A stretch of 64,000 nucleotides of DNA, filler included, from Gonapodya sp. JEL0774 (taxonomy: Eukaryota), in NCBI GenBank assembly GCA_027604505.1. It is 7 parts of 7 records of this genome, joined end to end, with 100 filler letters (N's around TTAATTAATTAA, not from the genome) between each part and the next. Parts side by side here need not be neighbours in the genome. Positions count along the whole stretch, not along the records: positions 56,633 to 64,000 come from JADIIX010000506.1; 6 more parts are not named here. The stretch is one strand, 5' to 3'. The notes under the pieces were generated by a model that saw only the letters and a program-made list of their open reading frames with translations, was not told the origin of the DNA and ran no database searches. A program made the position numbers and the translations under genes. Positions 62,030 to 64,000 of the stretch are shown here, in pieces (the first letter of the stretch is position 1; every line of letters begins with the position of its first letter).

Positions 62030-62927
62030 TCAGTACTGGGTATAGACGCTTTCGAACCGCGGAGCACTTGGGGTTGGAGTGACGCCCGCCGAGTTCAACC
62101 CAATGGATTCATCGGGTTTACCGATTTCCGTATTTTTGGGAAGGACTAGACGGTTTGGGACTCCATAGGATTCCTTGTGCATTGCTGCATGCCCCATCCT
62201 CTGCACACCCACCTTGTTACAAGTAAGAGCACCGTCAGGGGGGATTAAAAGTGAAGTGAGAATGGCAGCAAACGAGCATAAACCTTAATCAACCCACAGC
62301 ATATTTGTAAACGAGCAGCCCTCCAATCCAATCCACGATGAAACGAGTAAGCACAAAAGGGCTGCCAGTGCCAGGACGCGATTAACTGTTCGCGACAAAT
62401 GTAAATAGTTGGGGATTCTGGAGAATAAGTTGATCGCCGCAAGGACGACTGGTCAATGTGAACAAGTGTGTTAATGTTATGTAAACGCAACGGGAGCGAA
62501 CTCAGCAAAAGGAGGAGAATAATAAAGGCACAAGTGATATGAACTCACCAACAGCGGAATTCAACAACCCATGGGTGACGGCAAGTTTCCTTGCGGCGAC
62601 ACCGTGCTCGATGTTGCTGAGCTTGGATAAGCCACGTCATCATCACGCACGAACAGCACAATTACAACTCCGCGACCAGTTCGGTTTACGACTCACCTCA
62701 GCAACTCCAGTGATAGCAGCCAGCAGTCCAAAGCATACTCCGGCGAGGAGAAGCCAGAAAGACGACTGCTGCAAGTCGGTGCCATTCGAAGGCGACCAGC
62801 CTATCACGTCCACAAAGAACGAAGTGATTAGGAAGGCGAGAGCATAGTGGACAACGAGGGGATGCAAAGGATGGGAGTTAGAGGCGAATGATCCGAGAAG
62901 GAAGCGTTGGAGTCTTGATGAAAGCAT
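62030..62927 (-). pseudogene. DUF2231-like membrane protein with a 5-bp duplication frameshift (pseudogene or assembly error)
   Basis: HPLHPLVVHY, LLAG..FGLLAAITG..E, HGLLN; the C-terminal WIGGLLVYKYA|VGVQRMG is in frame only if one TCCAA unit at 62322-62335 is removed. Confidence 0.65.
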
Positions 62928-63229
62928 TAAGCATTTGACGGGGCACAGCTAGTGGATTGCAATGGCTGCCAGCGCCCGCGCTGGAGTCCTTCCGAAATAC
63001 GCTCTAATAAGATGTTCCCACTCTACACGTAAGTAATGAAGGGAAGTGACATACACTATAGCATGATCAGATGTAAAAGCCTTGTAGATGTTCAGCAGCA
63101 GTTGTATAGTTCGCTCAGAGAAAAAAGGGTGAAACTGATTGGTTCGCACACCAATGCAACTGTAAAGAAGTCTCAAGTACCGAGTTTCAGGGTGATAGTC
63201 AGAAGATCAAGAGCTTACCGTCGAAGTTG

Positions 63230-63906
63230 TTCAAGTCTCCTCCGGTATGGCAGAGAGTGAACTCTGATCTTCGTCGAGAGACTAGATGAGGAAGAGATCT
63301 TTAAAACAAGCTCACAAACTTCCCAGCTCGCTCAGTATGCTTCACTCACCACACTAGGCTTCCTCCTTTTCCACGAATCGGGTAGGAAGTACTCCGAAAG
63401 TCCCCTCATCAAAGACGGTCTTTTCCTATGACCCGGCAAAGATCCGACAGAAGATCTCCTCCACCGTACTGTGTTCAGCGTTTCGGATATTTGTGGGTAG
63501 GTATTGTGAGAGGTTTGCTCGTGTCGCGTTGTTGTTTTGTCGACTGTGGGAGACAGGACGTGTGGTGCGGCAAGGGTGCCGAGATGGGGAAGCGAACCAC
63601 GACGACGCGTGGGATCCATGCGAGAGAGACACTGAAGGGCGTCATAGGGTGAATCGGGGTTTTTGCCGAGTTGGGGATGACTAATCTCTTCGGATGATGA
63701 AACCCGAGGGATCTGCTTAATAATCCCTGACGTGGGGTACAGTGTCTGCCGGGGTAGCAAATTCCGGGGGTGAATACGACGGCGGCAGATAGAAGTAGGT
63801 TCATACATACGTTCGTACTGGAAAAGAACATGTCTGGTGTCTTGTCGACGGATGATCTTGGGAGAGGGGGTGGGGCGTCTGGTTTCACGGCGGAGCATGT
63901 GAACAT
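63230..63906 (-). CDS. Hypothetical low-complexity protein with several basophilic RRxS/RxxS motifs (ends uncertain)
   Basis: Phase-0 GTATGT..CAG intron links MFTCSAVKP..SSTN to TLYPTSG..RRRGS..RRSS..RKRPS..RRKPS. Confidence 0.35.
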
Positions 63907-64000
63907 TCACTTCACAACGACCAAGAAGAAAGACACTCAGGGAAACCAGAGCCAGACTCACCCGTAAATTTGCATTCCGGAAAGAAACGCTCTGGAAGAT

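Noticed and set aside
62925..62929. TAATG stop-start overlap between the upstream gene and the DUF2231-like gene
   Set aside because: Depends on one of several possible splice paths; an equally plausible acceptor ends the upstream gene near 63230
1..64000. CRISPR arrays, rRNA, tRNA or prokaryotic operons
   Set aside because: No repeat-spacer array or recognisable structural RNA seen; the sequence is intron-containing eukaryotic DNA

Overview
Eukaryotic, intron-rich DNA, most likely from an early-diverging (zoosporic, chytrid-like) fungus. That assignment is an inference from a DAAM-like formin, an HCF-1-like kelch protein, a NOL11-like gene and short GT-AG introns. The window is not one locus. 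It is seven contigs of about 9.2-9.4 kb (the last cut by the window end), joined by artificial 100-nt N/TTAATTAATTAA linkers at 9411, 18895, 28344, 37791, 47194 and 56533, with two internal N gaps, so adjacency is meaningful only within a contig. Ordinary genes include NmrA, MCP1/DUF1691, fructosamine kinase, enoyl-CoA hydratase, epoxide hydrolase, a P5B ATPase, a formin and NOL11/Utp8. Main highlights: (1) a DIRS1-type retrotransposon whose RT reading frame is interrupted by two frame-restoring spliceosomal-type introns, inside a nested DIRS/Gypsy/Harbinger cluster with DIRS-like inverted termini and CpG-type decay; (2) an HCF-1-like kelch-FN3 protein fused to AT-hook/RG repeats and a Tudor-knot-like domain; (3) two DUF4436-like paralogs with motifs resembling Cys-less Pro-loop pentameric ion channels; (4) tandem membrane-anchored methyltransferases; (5) a CCR4-type nuclease lacking LRRs but carrying a PAM2-like motif; (6) genes broken by short perfect tandem duplications; (7) contig 1 bounded by an inverted repeat. 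All family calls come from motif recognition by eye; no database searches were run.
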